A stretch of 64,000 nt of DNA, taken from NCBI RefSeq assembly GCF_009914755.1, contig NC_060929.1, one strand, 5' to 3'. Positions 16,645 through 40,668 of the stretch are shown here, one piece after another; the stretch's first letter is position 1, and each line of letters opens with the position of its first letter. Under the pieces are notes generated by a model. It saw only the letters and a list, made by a program, of their open reading frames with translations. It made no database searches and was not told the origin of the DNA. This DNA is from the human T2T-CHM13v2.0 reference genome, Homo sapiens. A program made the position numbers and the translations under genes.

Positions 16645-17075
<431 letters not shown>

Positions 17076-18158
17076 TGATCCACCTGCCTCGGCCTCCCAA
17101 AGTGCTGGGATTACAGGCATGAGCCGCCGCACCCAGCCAATGCCCCAGTAACTTTTTACATTTTTTGTAGAGACGGGGTCTTGCTATGTTGCCCAGACTG
17201 ATCTTTAACTCCTGTACTCAAGCAATCCTCCTACCCAGGCCTCCCAAAATACTGGGATTGCAGGCATGAGCCACTTGTGTTTTTGTTTGTTTGTTTGTTT
17301 GAGACAGTCTCTCTCTGTTGCCTAGGCTGGAGTACAGCAGTGTGATCATGGCTCACTGTAGCCTGGGCTCAAGCAATCCTCCTGCTTCAGCCTCCTGAGT
17401 ACTTGGGACTGTAGGCACGTGCCACCACTCCTGGCTAATTTTTAAAAATGTTGAGTAGACACAAGGTCTTGCTATGTTGCCCAGGCTGGTCTTAAACTCC
17501 TGGGATCAAGCGATCCTCCCACCTTGGCCTGTCAAAGTGTTGGAATTTACAAGTGTGAGCCACTACACCCCGCCAGTCTTTTCTTGATTACTGACAGTTT
17601 TCTAAAAAGCAGTGAGAGAATGTTCTTTACCCAGGTAATTTATTTTGTGTAAGACTAAACCTGTTAATGTAATTTGTTATGTTTATTCAGAGTAACAACA
17701 TTTTAACCATCACAATTTGTAATTTTGCTTTTTGAAAAATGTGGTGTCTAAGAGCATATTATTGGGCTTATTACCAACTCTACAGCATGTTATTTTCTGT
17801 ATCTTTCCTCCCAAGTAGCCTAATTTGAAGTTACGTATTTATTTTTAATCAGGGTACCCTTAGTTATTTGGTCCACATTGAACCTTGAAAAGGTAAAATA
17901 GATTTTTCTTAATTTTATTATTTGAATGTGTAGTTCAGAAACTTAAGGGACAAGGGTAGGTATTTGATTCTCTCTTATATTGTTAATTTTATCTTTCTGA
18001 TCATGATTCCTACTCTCTTTTTGCCTAGTAGGTACATATTGGTTGCTAATTGTTTTTTTTTCTGTGGCGAAGTATTTGAAGTATTTACACATTATTCATT
18101 GATTCTAAATAATTTAACACATTTTTAATATATTTGGGTTTTTTTCCGTTTCTACCAG

Positions 18159-18192
18159 ATCAAACTTGGACATAGATCAGAAGCTAAAGATG
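18159..18192 (+). CDS. CDK7: CDK7 exon 3 (IKLGHRSEAKD-G)
   Basis: Acceptor tttctaccag, donor GTAAGT, 34 nt. Continues the frame. Confidence 0.97.
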
Positions 18193-18234
18193 GTAAGTAT
18201 TTCATGTAATCTGACAGATAGGAAAAGTTTTCTC

Positions 18235-18268
<34 letters not shown>

Positions 18269-18885
18269 CAGGGTCTTGCTCTGTCACCCAGGCTGGAGTA
18301 CTGAGACACAATCGTAGCTCACTGCAGCCTCAAACTTAGGTACTCAAGCAGTTCTCCCACCTCAGCCTCTTGAGTAGCTAGGGCTGTAAACATGTGCCAC
18401 CACTTGTGGTTAATGTTTTATTTTTTGTAGAGATGAGGTCTGGCTGTGTTGCTCAGGCTTCTCTCAAACTCCTGGCCTCAAGCTATCCTCCCACCTCGGC
18501 CTCCCAAAGTGCTGGGATTACAGGCTTGAGCCACCATGCCCAGCATAAAGTTTTCATTCTCACTGAAGAAACGAGCAAAGTATGAATTAATAAGTTAGTA
18601 ATGGTTCTGGATAGAGTTACTGCAGGGTCCCCGAAGAGTAAAGATAGACTCAGCATAGAGAAGGAGTATTTGGTGATTTTTACTTACTGGATATTCAGAG
18701 AAACATTCCAAATCACCCACATAAATGGAAGGCAGCAAGCTTAATTAGTTTGTCTTTCTGTCTTCATTACTGTTTTAGGTGTTACAAGCCATTGTTTTTT
18801 CTGTTTCTGAGTTTCTAATTACTTTGAAAATTCAGGATACATTTTCATGAAAGTACATAAAGCTTACTATGGAATAGATACATGA

Positions 18886-19125
<240 letters not shown>

Positions 19126-19532
19126 TGAGTAGCTAGGATTACAGGTGCACACCACCATGCCCAGCCAATTTTTTGTATTTTTAGTAGAGATGGGGTTTTG
19201 CCACCTTGGCCAGGCTGGTCTCGATCTCCTGGCCTCAAGTGATCTGCCCACCTAGGCCTCCCAAAGTGCTGGGATTACGAGCCACCGCGCCCGGCCTGTA
19301 TCTAATTTTTAATTTTGAAATCTGTCATTTGTATTGGAAAATATACTATCTTATCACTAGTTTGCTTTTAGCACAAACAATATGCCACTAATATTTGTAG
19401 GGCAAGAGTAGGGAAGCTTATCACCTATATGCTGCACACTTATATATGTTGTTAGTCTAGTAGTGGTGTTCAGATCCTGGTATAGATAAGGTGAAATATT
19501 TTTCACCATTTGTCGTAGTCTTTGTTAAGCTA

Positions 19533-19946
<414 letters not shown>

Positions 19947-20041
19947 TTACTAACCTTTCTTTAAAAATATGTGTTTGTGGCTGGGTGTGGTGGCTCACGC
20001 CTGTAATCCCAGCACTTCAGGAGGCCAAAGCGGGTGGATCA

Positions 20042-20455
<414 letters not shown>

Positions 20456-21197
20456 TAATATAATGGATGTTGATTAAAGGCTCAGCAAGATGACTTGTTC
20501 TGGATGAGCCTTGTAGAAGCTTAAAGGAAATACATTTTCTATCCCAGTTGTTTTGGTAGGCATTGTCTTCAAAACTATACCACTGATTAAATAAATGAAA
20601 TATTGACATGTAGGCTAATTTTGTCGGAAATAATTTTGAAGTCTAGGGAGCTCTAGCATGTAGTGGCTGAGAGTGTCAACCTGAATTCAAAACCTTTCTT
20701 TCTGCCTGTGTGAGACCTTGAGTGTGTTCACTCACAACTCCCCAGAGTCCCTGCCTCATAGGGAAGTTGTGAGACTAGCCAATTGAATAGATGTAAAGTA
20801 TCTGGAATAGTGCCTACCATAGAAAATGTATTCATTCATTCAATGATAGCTGCTGTTATTTAGAGGATTTCTTAAGAATCACATTTGGGACTTTTCTTTT
20901 GAATTGGAGACTGGAATGAGGTTTTCATTGGTTAATTTCTTAATTCTAACTCCAAATATTTGGGGAAAGAGGTTGGGTATTTTTTTAAGTAAAATTTAAT
21001 ATTTTTATGCTTCAAAATACTAATTCCTTTAGTACTGTCCAAAAAAGGACAAATGTCAAATTTAATCAAATGATTTAAGCTTTATAGGGAATTACCAACA
21101 GTTTAAATGCTTTTTAAATTTTTAAAAATTGCCTCAGTTGCTATGATACTGTCAGGTATTAAATAGTGAATCACATTTTAATTTTTTAACTTTGCAG

Positions 21198-21266
21198 CTC
21201 CTTGATGCTTTTGGACATAAATCTAATATTAGCCTTGTCTTTGATTTTATGGAAACTGATCTAGAG
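21198..21266 (+). CDS. CDK7: CDK7 exon 5 ([23 protein letters not shown])
   Basis: Acceptor tttgcag, donor GTAAGA, 69 nt. Hinge region. Confidence 0.98.
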
Positions 21267-21553
21267 GTAAGATTAAGATTCCTGGAGAAATTCCTTTGTC
21301 CCAGTTTATCAAACAAGAACCTAAATATTTGTTTTCTACCCAAGAAGATACTGGTAGTAAAAGAAAAAAAGCTTAATTTTGTTGAAATTTGGATGTACTC
21401 TGAGGCAAAAGGATCTCGAGTTATTTTCTTCTAATCATTTAGTGATATCCCCAGTGTTACATACAAAGATTTGGATTTCATTGGCATTTCTGCCTTCTAA
21501 GTTCCCATAGCTAGTTGACGTCATTTTTGGAGAAATGAGCATTAGACCTATAA

Positions 21554-21721
<168 letters not shown>

Positions 21722-22022
21722 TAAATTTTATATTTTAAGTAGAGACGGGGTGTCACCATGTTGGCCAGGCTGGTCTTGAACTCCTGACCTCAAGTGATCT
21801 GCCTGCCTCAGCCTCCCAAAGTGCTAGGATTACAGGCATGAGTCACCATGCCTAGCAACCTATAAGAATTTAAAATTTATTTCTGGCCAGTGCAGTGACT
21901 CACGCCTGTAATCTCAGCACTTTGAGAGGCCAAGGCAAGAGCATTGCTTAAGCCCAGGAGTTCAAGACCAGCCTGGACCCCATAGATCCTGTCTCAGCTT
22001 TACAAATTATATTAAAAAATAA

Positions 22023-22328
<306 letters not shown>

Positions 22329-23747
22329 TGAGCCTCCCAAAGTGCTGGGATTATAAGCGTGAGCCACCATGCCCGGCCTCTTTCTTTTAGATAAATACCT
22401 AGCAGTGGTATTGCTAGATCACAAGATTATTGATTAGTGGTATCGATCACAATATTAGTGATGCTGTTATAGATCACAATACTAATGGTATTGATCCTGG
22501 AAGGACCTATCATAATAGGCTATGGACTCACCACTAGGCTATGGATTGCACCATTGCACTCCATCCTGGGTGACAGAGTGAGATTCCCATCTCGAAAAAA
22601 GAAAAAAAAAAGAAACAAAAACGTATGCCAGAATTCAGTTGGTACAGATGTTTGGCTTTATTAATAATTATCAAAACTGGAACAATCCAAACATCCCTCA
22701 TTCTAACTGTACAAACAAACTGAAATACTACTCAGGAATAGAAACACACTATTGATAAATGCAGCAACATAGATGAATCTGAAATGCATTATACTAAGTG
22801 AAAGAAGCCAGGCTAAAAAGACTATGTATTGAACCATTTCATTTATATGATATTCTGGAAAAGGCAAAATGAAAGGAACCAGAAACCAGATCAGCGGTTA
22901 TGGGGGCTTTGGGGTAAAGGAAAGGAGTAAGTACAGAGGGGCCTCAGGGAATTTGGGGAGGTTACGGAACTATGCTTTGATTATAGTGGTGGTTACATGA
23001 CTGGATGCATTTGTCAAAACTCATGGAACTATACACTAAAAAGGGTATGCTTTACCTTAAATCTGATTTTAAAAAAAGAAAAGGGGAACTTTTAGTTCCT
23101 AACTGATAAATCTAGAATAAACTGACATTAGGCACAGCTCATAAATAATGCCATCAAAACTCAGTCTTACGCTTTAACTAAGCTCCATTTTCTTCTCTGT
23201 TGCATTCTTCATGTGTACAGTTCTCAATATGGTGTTCCAGATGCTTCTAGGTATATGTTTGTAGAGTTTAATAATACCTGAGGAACGAAAGTGCTTTCTT
23301 TTCTTTGATTCTAGCACAAGTACTTGGCCTGGTTGATTGACTTGTCTTGTATCCCTGAACCAATCACTTGGCCAGGAGACTGCAGTGTGATAATGGGGAT
23401 GCCTGGGTCATGTGCCTACCTCTGGAGGCCTTAGGTTGACTCAGTCCTACCTTAACCATGTGGACTAAGCTGAGAAGAGATGGCTTCCCAAAGGAACACT
23501 AACTGCTATTGTCAGAAGATGCAAGCAGAAACAACAGGTGTTTGCTACTTTCATGCGAAAGCAGTAGAGGACAAAGCACTGCTTTCTTTTCAAACCAGAA
23601 ATGCTCTCCCTACCCATCTAACTCTGGAGATTTTGACAGGGCTTCCTGAGGAAACTTAGATAACCTCTCTTGAGAGTCTCCTGTATTGATACTTACATTT
23701 TAAGTCTGTAAATTGTTTTATGTGGTAGAGTTTATTTGAAATAATAA

Positions 23748-23951
<204 letters not shown>

Positions 23952-25553
23952 TAGTGGTCTGAATATGTAAATTGTTTAACAATGAATTTATAGCTGACTG
24001 TTTTATCCCATCTTTTTGCTATATATTATTCCCTTCACTTGTTCCAGCAGTTGGTGCTGTAAGGACTCCATATTACTTTGTGAAATTTAGAACTGGAAGA
24101 GATCCAGTCCCTCATTTTTTTTTTTTTTTTTTTGAGATGGAATCTTGCTCTGTCACCCAGGCTGGAGTGCAGTGGCGCGATCTCTTGCTCACTGCAAGCT
24201 CCGTCTCCTGGTTTCATGCCATTCTCCTGCCTCAGCCTCCCGAGTAGCTGGGACCACAGGTGCCCGCCACCACGCCCAGCTAATTTTTTGTATTTTTTTA
24301 GTAGAGACGGGGTTTCACCGTGTTAGCCAGAATGGTCTCGATCTCCTGGCCTCGTGATCTGCCCATCTTGGCCTCCCAAAGTGCTGGGATTACAGGCGTG
24401 AGCCATTGCGCCCGGCCTCCTCATTTTTTAATAGATGAAGAGCTAAGTTGCTAAGTGACCTGACCATGGTTATATTTTTTTTCAAGGTTGGCTGCTGATA
24501 ATGGACAGAGTATTAAAACATAGGTTTTGACCCAGGCATGGTGGCTCACTTTTGTGTTGCCAGCACTTTGGGAGGCTGAGGCAAGTAGATATCTCGAGCC
24601 CAGGAGTTCTAGACCAGCCTGGGCAATATAGTGAAAACTCATCTCTACAAAAAATACAGAAATTAGCTGGGTGCAGTGGTGCACACCTGTAGTCCCAGCT
24701 GCTCAGGAGGCTGAGGTTGGGGGATCACCTGAGCCCAGGAGGTGGGGGTTGCAGTGAGCTGAGACCTCACCACTGCACTCTAGTCTGGGTGACAGAGTGA
24801 AACCCTGTCTCAAAAAAAAAAAAAAGAACATAGGTCTTTTGGCTTTAAGTTCAGTATTCTTTGTGCTACAATGTTGTTGTGGGGAAAAAAATATAGAGAT
24901 GGTCTTGGATTAACTCATACAATGCCAAAATACTAGAAAAGTAATGTTTCTTGTAGCTCTAAAATTCAAGGTACAAAATACAGTTTATGAAATAGTGGGA
25001 ACATTCAGCTTTTAGAACAAAGCTGATAATTTAGCTAGGTAGATGCTAGCTACCTAGCTATTTAGATAAGTAGCTAAGAATATATAATTTATAACTAGTA
25101 ATTCTCATATCGTAAGTTTGGAATCCCTCTTAGGTTATTGCTGATGTCTTTTTAGCATGGATTTTGAAGAATGTCATCCTCATTCTTATACATTAACAAT
25201 GTATATTATGAAAGTTCATATTTATTATTAATAGTAGGAACCATTTATTGAGTGCCTACTATGAGCCAGTTATTACACTAGACTACAGAAAATATCAGAT
25301 TTAATCCTCACAGAAACTCTATGAAGTATGTAAATTATGGCTTAGTGAAATTAAGTTCCTTACCAAGGTTATATATTATAACCAATCCAATTTTGCTTTG
25401 ATGGGATTTTATATCAGTGGGAAAAAAATTGATTGTTTAGATTTCAGGTGTTACCTTGTTTTTGCTAAGTTTAAAGTTATGCCAACTAAATGTAGCACTA
25501 CAGTGTTCTCCCCTACCCTGCTTATTTGTTTGTTTAAAACTTCCGTCATATAG

Positions 25554-25673
<120 letters not shown>

Positions 25674-25786
25674 TAAGAATCTCTTAAAGCTACATGTGCA
25701 GGAGTTTGATCAGAAATGAGCATCAACTGGCTTCTCTGAACTATCTTGGCAGAGTTAAGGAATCATTGTTGATAGATACCGTCTTA

Positions 25787-25936
<150 letters not shown>

Positions 25937-26728
25937 TTAGCTGGGCATGGTGGCGCACGCCTGTAATCCTAGCTACTCAGGAGGCTGAGGCAGGAGAATT
26001 GCTTGAACCAGAGAGGCAGAAGTTGCAGTGAGCAGAGATTGCACCACCGCACTCCAGCCTGGGCGACAGAGAAAGACTCCCTCTCAGGGAAAAACAAAAA
26101 ACAAACAAAAAAAAAACCTGTCATTTTTATGTTAGGTATACTTTACCACGATGAAAAAATACATAGCCCCTTTTCAAACAGAGTCTAACTTAATCCTAAG
26201 ACATTTACCTTGTAAATGGGAACAATTTATACTTTAACATTTTAGTTAGATAATCTAGAATTTCAGTGGATATTCTTCTACCTAATCATCTGATTTATTG
26301 GACCCATTTTTATTATGTTGGTCAGTGCTGATTCTGTATCCTTCTATGTAAATGAAAATTCTCTAAACAGAGCAATGTCTTGATATTTGAATTTTTCATA
26401 TTGGTAATTATATTTTCCATTTGTATTTTTGATGTGAAAAAACAGAAAATCACATTAAATAGGAATGATAGATTTTATAATTTTTGTCCCAGTGGCATTT
26501 TGTTAATTTCCAAGACCGTTTTAAGGATCTGCAAAGATTTTCAAATTCTGTATTTTTTCTTTTTCTTTTTTGAGACAGGATCTCGCTCTGTTGCCCAGGC
26601 TGAAGTGCGGTTGTGCAAACAGTACTCACTGCTGCCTTGACCTCTTGGGTTCAAGCAATCGTGCTACCTCAGCCTTCCAAGTATCTGGGGCCACAGGCAC
26701 GCCCCACCATGGCTGGCTAATTTTTTAA

Positions 26729-26905
<177 letters not shown>

Positions 26906-26989
26906 TGAGTATAAATCACCTAAGCCCTGAGTAAGAAGTAGGGGATGTGAGTAATTGTTTATGTAATTGCTAGAGCAGTTAAGCTCAAC

Positions 26990-27890
<901 letters not shown>

Positions 27891-27927
27891 GAAGTGCTTT
27901 GATAATTTCATGCTAAAATGATACTAA

Positions 27928-28570
<643 letters not shown>

Positions 28571-29290
28571 TTACTGTAGAAGTTTTATACTTCAGAACAT
28601 AGAAATTCACTTGTAATATGGCAGTATCTCTATAACAACTAAATATGTTCAGATAAACTTTTGTCCTCCTGAGGGTTTTTTTGTTTGGGTCTGTTTTAAG
28701 TGCGCTTTAGGAAATGTATAATACCAACCACTGCAGCTACTACTCTGTATAACTTAAGCCTTGTGTGAGACCATTATTTTAGTTCTGTTGAAACAGAACA
28801 GATACAATGTTACTATAGCATTTCTGTGACTGAGACCATCATCTTACAGTAAAAAAAATCCCCTGCTTCCCCTCACCAGAGAGAAAGATGCTGACTTGGA
28901 AACTTCTCTTTAGCTATGAAGTTTAGATCTCCAGAAAGACTAGCCCTTACGAATGATGAAGGTAAAGGGATACAGGGGAATCCTTCTGAAGCTAGTTTTT
29001 TCTCTCCATATTCTGACCCCTGCTCTCCCTCTCCTTAAGCCATATGTATTTAAAGAAATTCAAACCAAGATTGAATAGCTTTTTTATCTCCTTGAACACA
29101 GAAAACAACTTCTGTACACCAAAGAGAAAAACACTAAACTAAAAATGTTTAGTTTAAGCATAGTGGTGGCTCACGCCTATAGTCCCAGCTACTTGGGAAG
29201 CTGAGGTGGGAGGATCACTTGTACTCAGGAGTTTGAGGCAAGCCTGGACAATATAGCAAGACCCCAATCTCTTAAAATAAAAAAAAGTAA

Positions 29291-29730
29291 ATTCTGTGCA
29301 TCATTTTGAGAAACTTACCCAATGGGCATTTGTAGAAGAAACCCACACATTCAAACTTGGAAGGTAATATGGGAATCACAGTGCTAACAGGGGGTCCTGT
29401 GAATCAGCTGGCATGATAACTGCTACTTACCTGAACATAGAGTATACCAGAAATTCACACTGAGAATTTATCAACCACCACAATCCATTCATGGCCAAGA
29501 AGAAAACAGAATTCCATAGCCCCTAATGTTATGACTGATCACTCCATTGAGAAAGCAAATGAAGAGAGACAGCAGTTGAGAGTAGACAGGTTAGAGATTG
29601 TGGACCTGTTAACAATCATACTTGGAAATTTATTAGCCATTGGCATTGTTGCTGGAATCATCTTTAAAGTTATAAGGAAAATGACATGCAGACTAAAGAA
29701 TTGTACTCTTCTGCCATACCTTTTGTCCTA
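29291..29730 (+). pseudogene. Ancient processed podoplanin (PDPN)-like retrocopy in CDK7 intron 8
   Basis: Translation NVMTDHSIEKANEERQ..DRLEIVDLLTIILGNLLAIGIVAGIIFKVIRKMTCR aligns with recalled PDPN NVATSHSTEKVDGDTQ..DGLSTVTLVGIIVGVLLAIGFIGAIIVVVMRKMSGR. Upstream are frameshifted remnants of the signal peptide (LCIILRN..WAFVEE) and the EDLPT region (IHTENLST). No introns. Confidence 0.8.
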
Positions 29731-29789
29731 TTTTAAGCTGTTCTTGTGCTCAATTGAAAAGGTAGAAATGTTGCCCATATGAATGCTTA

Positions 29790-32760
<2,971 letters not shown>

Positions 32761-33032
32761 TATTTAATACAAATAAGACATTTTAAACACACAGCTTAAG
32801 TCCCAAAGCAGCTCTTTCTTTAGGGAAAAATAGTTTTCTTAGTATGGATATTTTCAAACATGCAAAAGCAAAGACTAGTAAAATGAGCCTCTATCTATAC
32901 TCATCAACCAGTTTCAATAGTTTCAACATATGATTCATTTTATCAGTACTCTCCCACACTAGATATTTTTGCCACAAATCCCAAACATGTAATTTTATCC
33001 ATGTTTCTTTAGTATTTTTCTCTATAAGGATT

Positions 33033-33063
<31 letters not shown>

Positions 33064-34904
33064 GAGACAGAGTCTTTGTCGCCCAGGCTGGAGTGCGGTG
33101 GCGTGATCTCAGCTCATTGCAACCTCTGCCTCCCAGGCTGAAGTGATTCTCGTGCCTCAGCCTCCCAAGTAGCTGGGATTACAGCCGTGCACCATGACAC
33201 CCGCCTAGTTTTTGTATTTTTTAGTAAAAATGGTTTTGTGATGTTGACCAGCTGGTCTCAAACTCCTAGCCTCAATTGATCCACTCGCCTCACCCTCCTA
33301 AAGTGCTGGGATTACAGGAGTGAGCCACCACACCTGGCCATCTATAAGGATTCTTTAATCATAACCACAATACCATTGTCATCTGAAAAAAGTGAACATT
33401 AATTCCTTAATAAAATCAAGTCTGTATTCAGATTTTCCTACTTTTTCTCATAAATGTCTTTTTACATAGGCTTGTTCAAATTGGAGTGTGAAATCCATAC
33501 ATCAGACAGCTTAGTTTCATTTTTACATCATACAAAAGCACACCAATTCTTAAAATTTGTTTAAATTACAACCTTGTCCACAATTTGGCCTGCAAAGTGA
33601 GGGTACAGGTGCCCTACAAAAAACAAAAGATAATCCTTTTGGGTTTAAGAAGAAAATTAGCATGTCTAAAAATAGTTGTAATATTATTTAATATCCTTTT
33701 AGTTTTTTTGTTTTTTGTTTTTAAGATGGATTCTTGTTCTGTCGCCCAAGCTGGAGTGCAGTGGCTCCATCTCTGCTCACTGCAGCCTCCATCTCCCAGT
33801 TCAAGTGATTCTCCTGCCTCAGCCTCCTGAGGAGCTGGGACTACAGGCATGCACCACCACGCCTGGCTGATTTTTCTATGTTTGGTAGAGAGACAGGGTT
33901 TCAGCATGTTGGCCAGACTGGTCTTGAACTCCTGACCCATCTAGAGTAAGTTAGGTGCTCTTTCCATGTGGTCTAGGATCTCGTACTTACTCAACACACC
34001 AAATTGTAAATGCTTGTTTATGTGTATCAGCACTGCTTACCACCTCCACCTAAGGGGAGGGCAGGGAATGTCTCGTTTTCCTCTTTTAATTCCTGAGGCT
34101 TAGCACAAGGCCTGTTATATGGGAAGTGTTTATTAAAATTTGGAGTGAATAAAATGGATAGTAAAGGTGCTGTTTTGTTGGTTAGCAGTGGTAGGATCTA
34201 ATAACGTACCCAATACACTTTGTACTAAATTTTCAATATTCGTTGCAGAGTTTTTAAGTTTTTCTTATTAAATTTATAGTATTTGTCTAACAGGTATCAA
34301 AAACCACTTTGAAGGCCAGGCATGGTGGCTGACGCCTGTAATCCCAGCACTTTGGGAGGCCGAGGCGGGCAAATCACAATGTCAGGAGATCGAGACCATT
34401 CTGGCTAACACGGTGAAACCCCATCTCTACTAAAAATACAAAAAAATTAGCCAGGCGTGGTGGCGGGCGCCTGTAGTCCCAGCTACTCTGGAGGCTGAGG
34501 CAGGAGAATGACCTGAACCCAGGAGGCGGAGCTTGAACTCCTGCACTCTAGCCTGGGCAACAGAGCGAGACTGTCTCAAAAAAAAAAAAAAAAACCCATC
34601 TCTAAGGCTGGCGTGGTGGCTCACGCCTGTAATCCCAGCACTTTGGGAGGCTGAAGTGGGTAGATCACTTGAGGTCAGGGCTTCGAGACCAGCCTGGCCA
34701 ACATGGCAAAACCTCATCTCTACTAAAAATACAAAAATTAGCCAGGCATGGTGGCATGCCCCTGCAGTCCCAGCTACTCGGGAGGCTGAGGCAGAAGAAT
34801 CGCTTGAAGTGAGGAGGAAGTTGCAGTGAGCCAGGATTGCATCACTCACTGCAGCCTGGGTGACAGAGCGAGACTCTGTCTCTCTAAAAAAAGAAAAAAA
34901 TTAA

Positions 34905-35069
<165 letters not shown>

Positions 35070-35852
35070 TAGGACTCTGTAAAGTTCTTAAACTGTCATA
35101 TACTTTATATAGTGCTGTCACGTGAATATTAAAGACATTCATTATAATATGTACTCAGAACACTTTAAATGATAAAGTATATAAAGTAAGAAGTTACAAT
35201 TGTGATATACCATCAACCTCTTGTATACATGTAGTCCTTTCCCCCCACCCCAGTAATCCTGACCTCAGGGTAATCACTATTAACAATTCATTGTAAAGTC
35301 ATGTTAGGAGTTTATAAGCACACTACGAACATAAAAGGGTTGCATGTTCTTTGACTCCTTGACAAAAATGGGTTCACGTCGTATATATACACGGTGTGAA
35401 GCCATTATATATATAAAACCCATTACACACACATGCACACATGTAGGTGTACATATATGTATATATGATGTTTCTCTTAGATTTTTTTAAATTATTATTA
35501 TTTTTTTTAATAGAGATGGGGTTTCACCGTGATGCCCAGGCTGGTCTCAAACTCCTCGTCTCAAGCAGTTCTGCCTCAGCCTCCCAAAGTGCTGGCATTA
35601 CAGGCATGAGCCAGCGCACTTGGCTAACATGATTTTCTAAATAGTAATTGCTTACTGATGTTTCTCTTTGATTTTTTAAAAATTAAACTTCTTGGTGGGT
35701 GCGATGGCTCACGCCTGTAATCCCAGCACTTTGGGAGGCTGAGGCGGGCAGATCATTTGAGGCCAGGAGTTTGAGACCAGCCTGGGCTACAGAGTGAGAC
35801 TCTGTCTCCAAAAAAAAAAAAAAAAATTAAACTTCTTATTTTGAGAATATTA

Positions 35853-36026
<174 letters not shown>

Positions 36027-36189
36027 TTAAAAAAATTTAGCCAGGCTTGGTGGTGCACACATTATGGTCCCAGCTACTCAGGAGGCTGAGGTAGGAGGAT
36101 TGCTTGAGCCCAGGAAGTCAAGGCTGCAGTGAGCTGTGATTGCACCACTGCGCTTTACCAGCATGAGTAACTGAGTGAGTCCCTGTCTC

Positions 36190-38600
<2,411 letters not shown>

Positions 38601-38613
38601 TCCTTAAGTTTGA

Positions 38614-38877
<264 letters not shown>

Positions 38878-39624
38878 TAAATACTGGAAAGATGTGTTTT
38901 TGTTTTAAGAAATAACAAACTTTGTATCTTTTCCCCAAACTACAAACACTATTAAGACTGAGATTAAATTATATGCACACAGAGATACAGGAGAGTTTAC
39001 ACTTATTACACTTGCTTAGGGACATTTAAATACATGTCTATTTCACATAATTGGCTTGTAAATACTTTACTTAGAAAAAGAAAACCAAGGCTTTTTATTT
39101 GTTAAGAAACTGGTATATTTCAGTTGAGCTCTTACAAATTCATTTAAATCTTGTAGCAATGCTGAAAGTAGTTTGTTCGGCTTATTTTTTCTTTCCTATA
39201 TAATGCAATCCAGGTATGCATGCTGATCATTTTCACATTGAGAACATGGTAATGGGGAGGAAATGGTATAGTCAGATATAATTGTATGCTTACAAAAGCT
39301 TGAAAAATATTTGAAATAAAACAAAAACTGAAACTAACTGCTGTTTAAAGGAAATAACAAACTCATGAAAAATTTGGAAGACCTAGAATAACTTAGGGCA
39401 GAGCACTGTACAACACAGTGCAGTGATTTTACCTCATGAAGGGAGAGACTAATGAAAGTGAGATCACAGGTCTTTATGGAAACATATTAATGTACAGTAA
39501 TATTAAGCATACAAAATAGATTTTTTTCTCTTTAGGTTTGTTCCAGGCTACAAAATCATTGTTTAATGCACTTGCTTGTATAAGCCTTCTCTTTTTAGCA
39601 ATGTGTGCTATGTGAATATATATG

Positions 39625-39682
39625 GAGATGGATGGATGGATGGAAGGATAGATAGATATAGATGGATAGGTAGGTAGGTATA
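39625..39682. repeat. Compound (GATG)/(GATA)/(GGTA) tetranucleotide repeat
   Basis: Read directly from the sequence. Confidence 0.8.
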
Positions 39683-40298
39683 TGCTGGGTATTTACCATT
39701 AGAATTATTCTCCTAATTTCTTTTTTAAAAAATTTTTCTTTATTATTTTTATGTCCATGTGTACACATACTCTTTTAATTTCAAACAAGTAATTTGTTGC
39801 CTTTTAACTCATACTTCTATGTATATTATTTCCATCATAATAAACTTGAGACCACATTTAATTATCTAGAAAGTTGTTTTCATTGGTAGTATAGTTTGAA
39901 ACTTAACAGAAAAATACTAGTTGTTGTATTTGGGTTGTATTTTAATAGAATGAAGTTTTTAAAGTGAGTTTTGTTTCATGGATGTCTTTATTAAAGTTGG
40001 AATGAGGTATTTTCTTAGATCTTTAGCCCAGAATTAGCCTAATTTGCATATAGAACTGCTGTGATTTAGAAGTAATGCTTTAAAAATGCAGCTGTAGGCC
40101 GGTGCATCGGCTCACACCTGTAATCCCAGCACTTTGGGAGGTGAAGGAGCAAGGATAGCTTGAGCCCAGGAGTTGGAGCCCAGCCTGGGCAACATGACAA
40201 AACATCATCTCTACAAAAAGTAAATAAATAAAAAATGAAAATGCAACTGTTGAAGTAAGGAATCTCTAAATTACTGCAAATAATATTGGGAGTGGTGA

Positions 40299-40668
<370 letters not shown>

